Shown here in pieces: positions 1 through 11,158 of a DNA stretch of 64,000 nucleotides. The position numbers and the translations under genes were made by a program. This stretch comes from Psilocybe cubensis (lineage: Eukaryota), in NCBI GenBank assembly GCA_017499595.2, contig CM039002.1, positions 1,364,001-1,428,000 of the forward strand. Reading direction: 5' to 3'. The notes under the pieces were generated by a model. It had not been told where the DNA came from. It was given only the letters and a program-made list of their open reading frames with translations, and ran no database searches. Numbering within the stretch: the stretch's first letter is position 1; the number at the start of each line of letters is the position of its first letter.

Positions 1-251
1 TTGATGCGCGAGACGCTATAAAATTTTGGGAGCATAGATCGGGAGAGGAAGCGGAGTGTGCAAAACCAGGCAAACATGAACTTCCGGACAGCACCAGCAC
101 CAGTTCAAGGGTTGCCAGGCAAATCATGGGTGACCACAGTACCCATCCAGTCAACGAGCTGCGGGTGAATAGCCTTAAAGAGGAGCTTGCGCGATGGGAA
201 TCTGAAAGGCAGAAAGCAGTCACTCGATTATCGTCGTCCTCGCCGCCCTAA
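1..251 (+). CDS. 3' end of a hypothetical protein (partial, runs off the window)
   Basis: Stop-free frame from position 3 (DARDAIKFWEHR...LKEELARWESERQKAVTRLSSSSPP) to TAA at 249-251, followed by AT-rich terminator-like DNA. No family recognised. Confidence 0.5.
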   Translation, partial: DARDAIKFWEHRSGEEAECAKPGKHELPDSTSTSSRVARQIMGDHSTHPVNELRVNSLKEELARWESERQKAVTRLSSSSPP

Positions 252-542
252 AATGTGTCCATCATTTTTCCTTTTGCTTTATTCCACCATCATGATATAT
301 TTTTGTAAGTTAGTACCCAAGCCATGTAATCATAGCACAGTTAAGTATCTCTCGTCGTATCATCTATCGGGATCTTCCACCGCTCAAATATAATTATTCC
401 CTACCGCTTATTAGTGATGGAATACAATCATATAAAAACTATTGTATTGACATGCAAGCCAAATCTACGGAAGGTATCTGGTTTGAGCGACCGAAAACGG
501 GTATGTAAGGGTGCAAAACAGAGTTTAATGAGAGTGCTCCGT

Positions 543-2938
543 CTATAGTTGCTCTCCGTCTACAATATGCACTGTTTTATACCTTCTTACCAGTCGAGTA
601 TTCTTCGCACCGTCTGCATGGTATTGAACCTCTTCGATAATTTCATACCCATAATACCTGGGTAAGAAAATGATCCACACCCAGTAATACAAGCCACAAC
701 ACTGAATTAAAAAATTAGCCCATAAAATGGATTAAAAGAACAAGGCGCTTACCCCAAGGAGGCCAATACCCGCCACACAGTACCTAATTATAGGTGAAAG
801 GATCGACATCAACCCCAATCCGAAGCCGCGGATGCAGGCTATACAAGGTCAAAAGAGAAAAATTACTTACGTGGCGTACCAAAACGAAACGTCAGCATGG
901 CCAGGTTCCGGTGGTACCCTGGAAAGCAACAGAGTACATGAACAGAGTAATCTTAAAACAAAAAAATAACGGAACACACCATGGCATTAAGAGTAACAAA
1001 ACGCAAGAGGTGAGGTACAATGCGACAATGGAATTTTTGGCCTGAAATGCGGGAGGTTTTATGTTGGCCAGCGCCCTGCGTCGGCGGAGGGCCCATAGAC
1101 CTAACGCCAGAGCGCAATTGAAAACCTGTCCAAAATCTGTCAGTGGGGTTTCTGACAGATTTATTGTCATGAAACAATTCTACGATGCACACCAAGGATG
1201 GGTAAGATGCCAGATCCAACACGAAATTAAACGCATCTCTAGCAGGTATAGCAACAATTACGAGGACGGTCAAAAGGCCTTTCAGTGCTATAGGGCCAAG
1301 AGGCGTCCCGAAAGGCCTTATAGACGTGAAGACGCCAGGATACGGCAACAAGCCTTGTCTGGCGACCTCTCGAATTACGCGTGTGTGGCCAATCGTCTAT
1401 AACACAATGGTTGGATATGCCCAAAATTTGGACAATAGATGGCTCTTACGACTGCGATCTATATCACGTATGGTTAATATAGATGAATTGGTACACTAAA
1501 CAAAGGCCAAACTTACAATATTACCAAAACAACTCGCCGCTACAAATAATGGGAATACTCTTGCACCTGTAGTCCCAAAGACACGCTGAAAGAATAACAC
1601 CGCAATGAGCTGCCCAGAGTTTCGTATGTCTTCTTGTGGAACAGCTGCGACGTATGCAATATTTATAAATAAGAACAAAACAGAGACCGATAAAAGAGAG
1701 ATTATTCCGGCTCTGCGAACAGTTTTGACAGGATCCTTGCTGCGAACTTCGCCGAGTACATTGAAAGCATTGTTGTAACCAACAAATGCGTGGTTTGATT
1801 TCACCTGAAAACGATCAGAGGGATTAGTTGATGCCGGTATCTATTTCCGTCGGGGGTATCACATACAAATGCTGTGGCAAGTGAATTTGGATTCCACGAA
1901 GTGCCTTCAAAAAGGTTGTGGAAATTGGCATAGGGATCCTCAATTCGGGTCAACCCCAGCAATACTGCCAGTCCAGTAGCAACAATGCTAGAAGCTTCAT
2001 CAGACCAGGATAACTGAGGGGATGGTATGCGGAAGCTCACAAAACTAGTGATAAAACCTTGAAAACTGTAAGAAAGTTGACAACCCGTAGAGACCATTTG
2101 GTGGAAAAGGCGACAACTTGTTAGATGTTAACAAAAATACAAGACTAAAGCCACAAAGGGTTAACGCCTTACACGCAATAGTCACGAATATCATAGCTAA
2201 CGCGGTGACAGTTTGGTTTTGAGCTGTGATCGGGACATTGAAGGCAGATAACGTGTATTGCGCAAATACGATTGAATTCGAGGCACTGAATCTATGACCT
2301 TGCTTTATCAAATTCATTAATGAAAATTTTCTGTTTTTTGACTTACGAAGTCAGGATTGCGGTGGCAGCGAATGCGGTGGAAACAAGAAAGCGGGGTCTG
2401 GGGTACGCTTGCTCCAGATATACAACCTCGGCCCCAGATCTGTTTGGAAACATACTTGCAAATTCGCTATATAAAGATATTCCAGCTGTATTGAATGTCA
2501 TTTATAGGTCTTTACATCAAGTAGAACGACTTACCGTACGCGAAAATTGGCGTTAATATCCAGTAAAGCAACAGAACCCCGACTGAGCCAACTGAGTTTA
2601 GGATGACTCCAGGTACAGCAAAGATACCAGAACTATAAAAGAATGTTCGTCAGCACCGAATTTGCGATTTTGTCAGTAAAAGGGCCTACCCCGTAATCTG
2701 ACCGATATTCAGCATAATTGCGGATAATAGGGTCACTTCACGACCAAGGACAGAGGACTTGGAGTGTATAAGTACAATAATACCTCATAAAAAGTTATGA
2801 AAACTACAGTACCCTTTCCACAGGAGCGCCGATTGCTTGGAATTCATCAAGAGTTGTAATGGGTACATCTGAGAGTAATGAAGTAGTTTCATTTGGCCCA
2901 GCGCCCTGAGCTTCAACTTCTACGTCGTCTTTTCGCAT
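543..2938 (-). CDS. APC-family amino acid permease (Mup1/LAT-like), multi-exon
   Basis: Exon peptides such as YLEQAYPRPRFL, NHAFVGYNNAFNVLGEVRSKDPVKTVRRAG and RQGLLPYPGVFTSIRPFGTPLGP, with many transmembrane segments. ATG at 2938 and TAG at 543-545, joined by GT-AG introns. Confidence 0.85.
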
Positions 2939-3596
2939 TGCACAGATAGTTGGTAAAAAAGACGATGTAGATCCTCTCTAATCATCGAGCATGAAGCATG
3001 AACATTCTGCTGAGTGAGTTTCGATAGTGCACCATTTCTATACATAGTGGCGTCATGGGATACCCCAGTTGGATTACTCTCACGACGTTAGGTGAACTGA
3101 ATTGAAGATATGGACACAAAAATCAAGTGCAATCGCACAGGGAAAGAGTCCAAGCATCGAGCCGTGGGAGTGACATTAAGACAAGAAAGTTCAAAGGTTG
3201 ACAATTTACGATTGTTGGACGTTGACATCATCATGGTTCTCTAAGTATTACAAATTGGAAATAAATGGTTACGTCTTCAGTGACAGCAGCTCAGCTGGAA
3301 TCGAATCGGAGAATGAAACCAACAACAAATGATTATACTCCGCCTAAACTGTGTGTCTACATTATAAATGTCCTCCGAGGACTTGAGGTTTATGTTATGA
3401 TGTTTGCCTTCGGCAAGGTCAATCCTATTGATTGTTGCTGGCACGAGTCTTTGTTATGTGCATGGCTCTAAACTACTAACTTGTCCAACCATACTAATCT
3501 TGGACGATCACATCCACCAAATTTTGGGCGCCTGCAGAAACCACATTCGAACACCATTTAACATTTGACATCTGCTATCATCTGACGATTATAGTC

Positions 3597-5499
3597 ATGG
3601 GAGCGATGGTTTCGACGTTGCGCATGGCTCTACAGACGTTCAAGTCTCTCTTAAATGACTTTGAAGTTGTTTCAAGTCGTATTTCTGAATCTCCAGGCAT
3701 ACCACGTCCCAACAGTTCTATTCCATACTGGACAATTCCAGCATCCCCTATCGCAAATCACGGAAAGGACTCTGATTTACTACAGGAAGTTGACGTTGTT
3801 ATTATTGGAAGCGGTATCACAGGAACTTCCATTGCCAAAGCTCTTTTGGAGCATAAAGACTCCCAATCTGGCGATACCACTGGGAGACTCAACGTTTTGA
3901 TGCTGGAGGCAAGAGATGTATGCTCAGGAGCAACTGGGAGGTGAGTGGATAGATCTGTAGTGGACCAGCTAAAGCGAAACTTCTGCCCATCAGAAACGGG
4001 GGGCATGCTTCGCCCATCATTTATAATGAATATTTTGGTCTAAAGAAACATCATGGTGCTGCTGTCGCGCTGCAGATAATCCAGTTTCGTTTGGCCCATA
4101 TTACGACCTTGCTCGATGTTGCAAAAGAAGCAGGGTTGTTAAACGAATCTCAAGCTAGGACCGTGGACAACTATGATGCCTTCATACAGTCTAGTTTTTT
4201 CGCCAACGCAAAAGGCGAGTTAGAAAGGTTCATGAAGGAGGTGCCTCCAGAAATAGCTGCGCAATTTGGGTCTACTGACGATCGCGAGACTATAGAGGTA
4301 AAGGATTTATACCAGTATTTAAAGCCCTTTGGTTGTAAGGAAATCTTCGTTATAGAAACTTCAACTTGCTACCTCTATTATTGGACTGATTTCAAAGCCT
4401 GGAGCATCCATCCATCCATACCGCCTTGTCACTGGAATTCTTTCAAAACTTCTGGATCGATTTCCAAAGTAAGTGGGTTAAGAACTTGAACACTGGACTG
4501 TATTTATTGACCTGGATTATAACGCGTATTAGCTTCAGGTTATACTCACACACTCCATGTACGGAAATTTCGACTGAGAATGGAAAGTATGTTGTAACTA
4601 CGCCAAAGGGGAAAATACAGGCACGACATATCATTCATGCCACAAACGCTTGGTCGTCGCACCTCCTCCCTGGGCTTCGGAGAAAGATCGTGCCCATTAA
4701 AGCCCACATGTCGACTCAAAGGCCAGGAAAGGGGCTCCATGTAACAGACAATGTTGATAATATCAACCCTTTAGGCGCGCTGGATTGGACTGGCCAACGT
4801 GCATTCGTATTCTACCCTGGTCATGTCGATTATGCGTACGACTATCTCACCCAGTTTTTACCTGCCCCATCTTCTCAAACTGCCATACTATCCTCCGATG
4901 ACAATGGGAACCCTCATAGTGCTGCAATATTGCCGACCGCAGGGGAGTTTATGTTTGGAGGTGGCCTCACTATTGGCGGAAGTAGCGAAGCAGCCTTGAT
5001 GGCCGCTGTTGGGGTTGCAGATGATGAACATACTGATTTCGCTGTCGAAGCCTATTTAAGTGGCGCCCTTCCGATGTACTTTGGCCAGCATTGGGGAGAA
5101 GAAGCTGACGGTAAAGTTAACGATCCTTCTGGCTCTGAGTGGCAGAAAGGTCGCGTAAAGGCGCTATGGACGGGCATTGTTGCAATATCGGCCGATGCAA
5201 ACCCTTGGGTTGGACGTGTGCCTTTGTCTGTTTCAGGGCGTCCGGAGCCTCAACGACCAGAGAGCACACGGTTAACTTCGAATGCAGAGTCATTCCCTTT
5301 ATCCCATTCTGGAGAATGGATATCTGCTGGATATAGTGGTGAAGGCATGGTACATGCATGGCTGTGTGGACGTGCTCTGGCGCACATGATACTTGGAGTT
5401 CCTGATCAAGCAAGTAACCCAACTTTACCAGCACCTTTCTTCATTACGGACAAAAGGGTTAAGCGAGCTAAGATTGAAGATTTTATGGACAATCTCTAA
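3597..5499 (+). CDS. FAD-dependent oxidoreductase (DAO family)
   Basis: Rossmann motif DVVIIGSGITG; EARDVCSGATG/RNGGH across an intron; IIHATNAWSSHLLP; C-terminal WISAGYSGEGMVHAW. Confidence 0.88.
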
Positions 5500-5958
5500 A
5501 TAGGATGAAATGTGTTTGGCTTGAACACATATTATCTTTGTTTTGTTATGCCTTTGAAACTGAAATACAATGGAGTGGATATTACTTCGGGAAAAGTATC
5601 TAGGATGAAAGATTGTCGAAAGTATCCAACTCGCTCTTTTTCATTTAACAATACATGGATTGTATGCGCATCTTTGAGTCGTGTCCGTTGATCGACTAGG
5701 TTGCACTATATTTCTGTCACGCTTGTAATCCCAAGGTCTTGTGCAATGATAACAGCGGCCTTCTCTCCAATTGCAATAGCTGTGTTGTACATATTAGCAC
5801 CAATATTTCCAGGTGCAATGCTACAGTCTGCTTTTTCTGTCAGAGATTATTCCAATTGAAAGGCGGATTTAACGCACCCGCAACTTTGAGGCCATGGATT
5901 CCGTACACATTCAATCGTTCATCCACTACCCCCTTCTGGTCTCTGGGTTTCATAGCAC

Positions 5959-6258
5959 TGTCAGAATCTAAGTAACGAGCGTGAAGCTCGATCTCAGTAC
6001 GTATCGTGGAACGAACTGAGTTGCAGTATCTACCTAAGTAACGAGCGTGAAGCTCGATCTACGAAGTGATGTAATAAGTAAATAATGAATGTTTAATGAA
6101 TAAACTTTAAGCATACCTCAGTACGTATCGTGGAACGAACTGAGGTATGAATCAAAGAGAAAACAAAGGAAATGGGGGAGCACGATACACGTGATGAAAG
6201 AAACGGATGAAGTAGTTAATCTATGTATACGGCGTATCCGAGTCGTCATATTCTAACA
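5959..6258 (-). repeat. 3' LTR (300 bp)
   Basis: Direct repeat of 11159-11458. Element-sense termini TGTTAGAAT...ATTCTGACA form an 8/9 inverted repeat. Confidence 0.98.
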
Positions 6259-9200
6259 CTCCCACTCGTGTGAGGGCGTAATCCCATGATGTTGCAGAAT
6301 TTCCAGTGTTTATCGTGAGATAAGGATTTGGTAAAAATGTCAGCGACATTATCTTCTGTGGGAACGAATCGTACTATCGCTTGACCCTTTCCAACGATGT
6401 CGTCTCGTAGATAGTGGTATTTCCGTTGAATGTGTTTGGTACGTGCGCGAAACTGTGCGTCTTTGGTGAGAATGATTGCAGCTTGATTATCGCAGAATAA
6501 TTCTGTGGGACTGGACTGCTGGTGTCCGATATCCTCGAAGAAAGATCGCAACCACGCCAGATGTTGTCCGGCATGGCATAATCCGATGTATTCTGATTCT
6601 GTGGACGAGAGAGCGACCATGCTTTGTCGTTTGCTTCCCCAACCGATTGCAGCTCTGGAGGTAATAAATACGAAACCGGATGTTGACTTTGAGGTGTCTG
6701 TGTCGCCGGACCAGTCAGCGTCGGAAAACCCGTGAAAATTGAAATCGCCTTTGAAGTCCATATCCATTGAGACGTCATTTCCATCAAATTCGAGTGTCAT
6801 GTCGGCCGTTGCTGATAAGTATCGTAGGACACGTTTTGCAGCTACCCAGTGATGTGCTTTTGGGTTTGCGCTGAATCTTCCCAAAACTCCCACTGTGTAA
6901 GCAAGGTCTGGTCGGGTTCCCATCATGGCATACATTAGCGATCCAACTACGCTTGCATATGTGACTTGTTTTCCGTCAATGTTCATCTCGTAAACTGTTT
7001 CATTGTTGCCGTCGGGGCTGTCTGATGTGAGGTGTAAGTTGGGTGCCATTGGAGTATAGATCGATTTCGAGTTAGACATGCCACATCTTTCGACCACAGT
7101 CTTGATGTATTGACTTTGGGATAAAGATATTGTTCTGGCCTTTCGATTTCGTGTGATTTGAATTCCCAGAATGTACGTGGCTAATCCCAAGTCTCGCATT
7201 TTGAAAGTTTCCGAAAGTTTTGATTTTATACTGTTCATGAATGGGCGTGAGTTTGCTGCAAGGAGGAAATCGTCGACGTAGACCACTAAGAAACAAACTT
7301 CGCCCTTTTTGCCTTTGAACACATAGAGACATGTTTCAGCATTTAATCGTATAAATCCGAGTTCTCTAAGTTTCTTGTCCAGCGTGTGGTTCCATGTCCT
7401 TCCCGCTTGCTTTAGGCCGTATAATGATCGTCGAAGTCGCCAGCAATGTCCTTTCGGAATCTCTACTCCAGCAGGCGGGTGCATGTACAGCTCTTCTTCG
7501 AGTTCTCCATTTAAATACGCTGTCGCCACATCCATTTGATCGAGCTCTAAGTCATATTTGGCTGCCAATGCAAGGATGATTCGGATTGATTCAAGATTTG
7601 CTACTGGTGCAAATACTTCCTTGTAGTCAATCCCTTCCTTTTGTGAGAAACCACGTGCAACTATACGAATTTTATATCGTTCGACGTTTCCATTTGCATC
7701 GTATTTGACTCGCGGAACCATTTTTGACGTGATGGGTTTGACGTGCTTTGGAGTCTGTACAATTTCGTACACATGGTTGTCGTTGAGACTTTGGAGTTCT
7801 TCAGTTAGCGCTGCTCTCCAGTGATGTCCATTTGGTCCGTTGAGTGCATCAATCGCATTTGTTATGATCTCGCGAGCATGTGGGCCAGTACTTGCAACAC
7901 CAGCGAAGTAGATGTCTTCATGATCTACGTCATCAGGGTTTGTGTGATCGGCCCTTGATTCAGGGTTAGGGTCGACTTCCAAATTTGGACTGGCATTGTT
8001 TGGTGGTGATTCGTCCGTAATCCCCGAGTCCGATTCTTCTTCCTCGACAACTGGCCAGTTTTTCCTCTCGACATTTCCACTATCTCTTGATTGCTCGGAT
8101 TGTGTTGCGGTTTTGGATCTTAAAGTTTTAGTGTTTGCACGGTGAGTGTCCTGCAATTTCTTTGCACGGTAATAATCATTGTTGGGTCTGTTTGGTAAGG
8201 GGTTTCGTCGAGGTCGGCTAGCTCCCACTGAGCTTGGGTCAGGTGTATAGGTCTTTCTCGGTCTTGTTATTTTTGGTGGTGGATCATTTACGGCGGTTGC
8301 TGCTGGAATGTCTGCAGGTGCGTCTTCTTGTTGTGTTTTAGCTCCCACTGACGCAATACTGCGCATGACTGTTTCAGCCATGTCCTCCCACTCGTCGTTA
8401 GATCCACTGCCTTCCATGTTATTTAAGTCGTCCAATTCAAGATCGGTAGAAGGAGGCAAATTTGGAGCATCTGTGTGTCGTAGGATTTCGGATTTATTTT
8501 GTAGGATGTCGTGTGATTTGTTTGGGGTGTTTGGTGTGTCATATGAACTTAGATCAATGGGATTGTCGTTGTTCTCATCAAAGCGAACGTGCCGACAGTG
8601 AAATACTTTTCGAGTTGCAATGTTAAGAAGGCGGTATGCCTTTCGCCCTGTTGTGTAGCCAAGTAGCAAGGATTTTATTCCTTTCGACGAGAATTTTCCT
8701 TTTCGTTTGCTTTTGGGTATTAGCGCATAGGCGACACATCCAAACGGTCGGAGCCATGATATGTCCACTTTCACCTTAAAAAGTTTCTCATAGGGTATTC
8801 CTCCAGAAAGTCCGGCAGCGGGTGCTCGTGCCATGATGAACGCCGCAGTGAGCATTGCGTCGGTCCAAAAAGACATTGGTACATTTGAATCTTCAATCAT
8901 TGCTGTTGCTAGGTTTACCAGTGTTTGGTTCATCCTTTCAGATATTCCATTCTGTTCTGGTGTATCCGGCGCTGTTATGCGGTAGGTGACTCCTGTACTG
9001 GCAAGTTCCTTTTTGAATTCTTTTGATAAGTATTCACCGCCGCCGTCAATTTGGAAGAATGAAACAAAGTTTGGTGAGAAGATTATTTGCCCAATCTCTT
9101 CGCCGAATTGAGCTTGAACATCTGAGCGCCATTGTTTGTAGATTCCGAGTGCTTCGCTCTTTTTCTTCATGAAATAAATCCAAGGATATCGACTGTGATC

Positions 9201-11000
9201 GTCGATGAGTGTGATCCAGTATTTGTATCCATGTCGATCTTGGGGTTTGACAGGACCTCCCACGTCGGAGTGAATTATTTGGAGTGGTTTTGAGGCTCGT
9301 TCTCCTTCATGGGATTTGAAGAATGGCTTTTTCATCTTTGCGAGTATGCAAGGCTCGCATAGTTTGGGAATTCCAGTTACTTTGTCAATGTTGACGATGT
9401 GGCCATCTGACACCATCTTTTTCAGCCTTTCCATTGATATGTGTCCCATTCGGCGATGTAGAATGTTTATATCAATAGAGCTGAGTGCGAATTCGGGATT
9501 GGTGTAGTCTCGTGGTTTTGCATCCAGTTGATATAGTCCATCCTTATCCGATCCTTGAAGAATGGATTTACGACCTTTTGACAGTTTGACTGTACATTTC
9601 CCATTCTTGAAGACTGAGTAACATCCTTTCTTATCGAGCTTGCGAACCGATATGAGTGTGAGTTTAAAAGATGGTATAAACAGCACATTGCTTAATTTAG
9701 TTTCGATGTTCTTTCCTCGGATAGTATCACAGAGGGTTATTGATCCGATTCCAGTAGCGTTTACAAAAGATTTGTCGCCAAATTGAATTGGTTTTGGCGG
9801 GTCTAGTGTTTGGAATGTACTGGGATCAAACCACTCACGACATGGAGTCATGTGTGTCGATGCACCCGAATCAAGAAGAATATCGTGTAATGTGTCTCTA
9901 GTCTCATTTGCTGCAAGGTAGGCTTGAATGCGTGTTTTCAATGCTCTATTTACGGACATGGGAGTAGGATTACTAGATGTGTATGCCAAACCCGAGAATT
10001 GGGCTTTGTCCATTGCCTCAGTATCCGATTCATCGTCGTCATCTGATGAGACGGCAGATTCATGCTTAGCCTTGTGTCCAGACTCCTTTTTCTTCCCCTT
10101 TGAAAGTGATGTGGATGCTGCCTTTGCCTTTTCTCTATCCATTCGCTTCTTAGCAAAGCACTCCTTTGTGCTGTGTGACGTCGAATCTGGATGAATGTCG
10201 CAGTGTTTGGGAGTCTTTGTTTTTGACGCTTTTGATCGAGCGTTCAACGCTGACTCGGCATTGGTTGATCCTTGAATTCGAGTTGCTTCGGAAGCGAGGC
10301 GGTTGGATATTTCAGCAAAAGAAAGCTTTGAATCCTTTGGCAATGAGTTTAGGACGGTTGACTTGAAGGTTTGCCACATTTGATCGTCGGGTAATGAGTG
10401 GAGTAAAAGGAATGCGAGAAATTCCGAATCGAATGGCTTCTTCATTGCAGTCAGTTTGGCATCCGCTGATGAAATCGATGATATGTGGTCTTGGATCGTT
10501 GATACGTCTCCGTCCCATTTCTGACTAACCATGCCGACAAACGTGTAGAATGCGCTTACTCCAACGTTGGTGTTTTCGTGCATGTTGATGAGCTTAGAGA
10601 ACAATGCGAATGCAGTTGTTTCCGATGCTGTGTCCAGTACCAGTCGATCAGATATGTGGTCGGTGATGATTCCGTGAGCCTTTGCATCGCGTATCTCCCA
10701 CGAATCTCCGAAAATAGTTGTCAGGCCAGCAGCAGCTGCTCGAGCAGCATTTTCGGCTGCAACAGCGGCTGCCTGAAGCTGTGTATCGTCTGGTTTGGCA
10801 TCTGCTGAGCTTCGAGCGGCTTGAGCGGCTGCTTGGGCTAGGTTGAGCGATGTTGAATCAGATGTGATTGGGGGTTTTGGAGTGATGGTGACATCAAAGA
10901 CTTTCTCTCGTTTGAGTTTGGCGGATATTCTGAGTTTCCAGATCTGGAAGTTCTCAGCGCCAGTGAGAACTGGGCATTTGGAGGTGTCCGAAGTAGCCAT
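6246..11000 (-). CDS. Copia Gag-Pol polyprotein, 1584 aa, uninterrupted
   Basis: Gag N-terminus LTGAENFQIWK; protease LLDSGAS; HHCC HRRMGH...CEPC; integrase HSDVGG/IDGGGEY/PEQNGISE; RT YVDD; RNase H FSDADW...CDNQ...ADIFTK. The stop codon lies inside the 3' LTR. Confidence 0.97.
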   Translation of the reverse strand: MATSDTSKCPVLTGAENFQIWKLRISAKLKREKVFDVTITPKPPITSDSTSLNLAQAAAQAARSSADAKPDDTQLQAAAVAAENAARAAAAGLTTIFGDSWEIRDAKAHGIITDHISDRLVLDTASETTAFALFSKLINMHENTNVGVSAFYTFVGMVSQKWDGDVSTIQDHISSISSADAKLTAMKKPFDSEFLAFLLLHSLPDDQMWQTFKSTVLNSLPKDSKLSFAEISNRLASEATRIQGSTNAESALNARSKASKTKTPKHCDIHPDSTSHSTKECFAKKRMDREKAKAASTSLSKGKKKESGHKAKHESAVSSDDDDESDTEAMDKAQFSGLAYTSSNPTPMSVNRALKTRIQAYLAANETRDTLHDILLDSGASTHMTPCREWFDPSTFQTLDPPKPIQFGDKSFVNATGIGSITLCDTIRGKNIETKLSNVLFIPSFKLTLISVRKLDKKGCYSVFKNGKCTVKLSKGRKSILQGSDKDGLYQLDAKPRDYTNPEFALSSIDINILHRRMGHISMERLKKMVSDGHIVNIDKVTGIPKLCEPCILAKMKKPFFKSHEGERASKPLQIIHSDVGGPVKPQDRHGYKYWITLIDDHSRYPWIYFMKKKSEALGIYKQWRSDVQAQFGEEIGQIIFSPNFVSFFQIDGGGEYLSKEFKKELASTGVTYRITAPDTPEQNGISERMNQTLVNLATAMIEDSNVPMSFWTDAMLTAAFIMARAPAAGLSGGIPYEKLFKVKVDISWLRPFGCVAYALIPKSKRKGKFSSKGIKSLLLGYTTGRKAYRLLNIATRKVFHCRHVRFDENNDNPIDLSSYDTPNTPNKSHDILQNKSEILRHTDAPNLPPSTDLELDDLNNMEGSGSNDEWEDMAETVMRSIASVGAKTQQEDAPADIPAATAVNDPPPKITRPRKTYTPDPSSVGASRPRRNPLPNRPNNDYYRAKKLQDTHRANTKTLRSKTATQSEQSRDSGNVERKNWPVVEEEESDSGITDESPPNNASPNLEVDPNPESRADHTNPDDVDHEDIYFAGVASTGPHAREIITNAIDALNGPNGHHWRAALTEELQSLNDNHVYEIVQTPKHVKPITSKMVPRVKYDANGNVERYKIRIVARGFSQKEGIDYKEVFAPVANLESIRIILALAAKYDLELDQMDVATAYLNGELEEELYMHPPAGVEIPKGHCWRLRRSLYGLKQAGRTWNHTLDKKLRELGFIRLNAETCLYVFKGKKGEVCFLVVYVDDFLLAANSRPFMNSIKSKLSETFKMRDLGLATYILGIQITRNRKARTISLSQSQYIKTVVERCGMSNSKSIYTPMAPNLHLTSDSPDGNNETVYEMNIDGKQVTYASVVGSLMYAMMGTRPDLAYTVGVLGRFSANPKAHHWVAAKRVLRYLSATADMTLEFDGNDVSMDMDFKGDFNFHGFSDADWSGDTDTSKSTSGFVFITSRAAIGWGSKRQSMVALSSTESEYIGLCHAGQHLAWLRSFFEDIGHQQSSPTELFCDNQAAIILTKDAQFRARTKHIQRKYHYLRDDIVGKGQAIVRFVPTEDNVADIFTKSLSHDKHWKFCNIMGLRPHTSGSVRI
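6259..6267 (-). other. Polypurine tract
   Basis: GAGTGGGAG immediately before the TG of the 3' LTR in element sense. Confidence 0.8.
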
Positions 11001-11146
11001 TTTCGGGTACCAGCTGCTTGACAGCTGTGGGATATGTGTCGATCAGGTCTGATCTTGAGATCGCGATTGAATTGCGGACACTCGGAGGGTACGCAGTTGA
11101 TACGAGTTCGTTTCGTTGTAGATCAGGGTTAAAATCGCGCTAGGCG

Positions 11147-11158
11147 GGGCCCATAACC
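11147..11158 (-). other. Primer binding site, half-tRNA-iMet type
   Basis: GGTTATGGGCCC directly after the 5' LTR. It is complementary to the anticodon arm of initiator tRNA-Met rather than its CCA end, as established for Drosophila copia and yeast Ty5. Confidence 0.85.

Noticed and set aside
5968-6149. CRISPR-like array of about 28-bp palindromic repeats
   Set aside because: Only two copies of each of two units, inside a eukaryotic LTR, with no regular spacers or cas genes.
5959-6258. Self-cleaving ribozyme (hammerhead) in the LTR hairpins
   Set aside because: No CUGANGA...GAAA core with closing stems found by eye on either strand. The repeats are better explained as unspliced and spliced copies.
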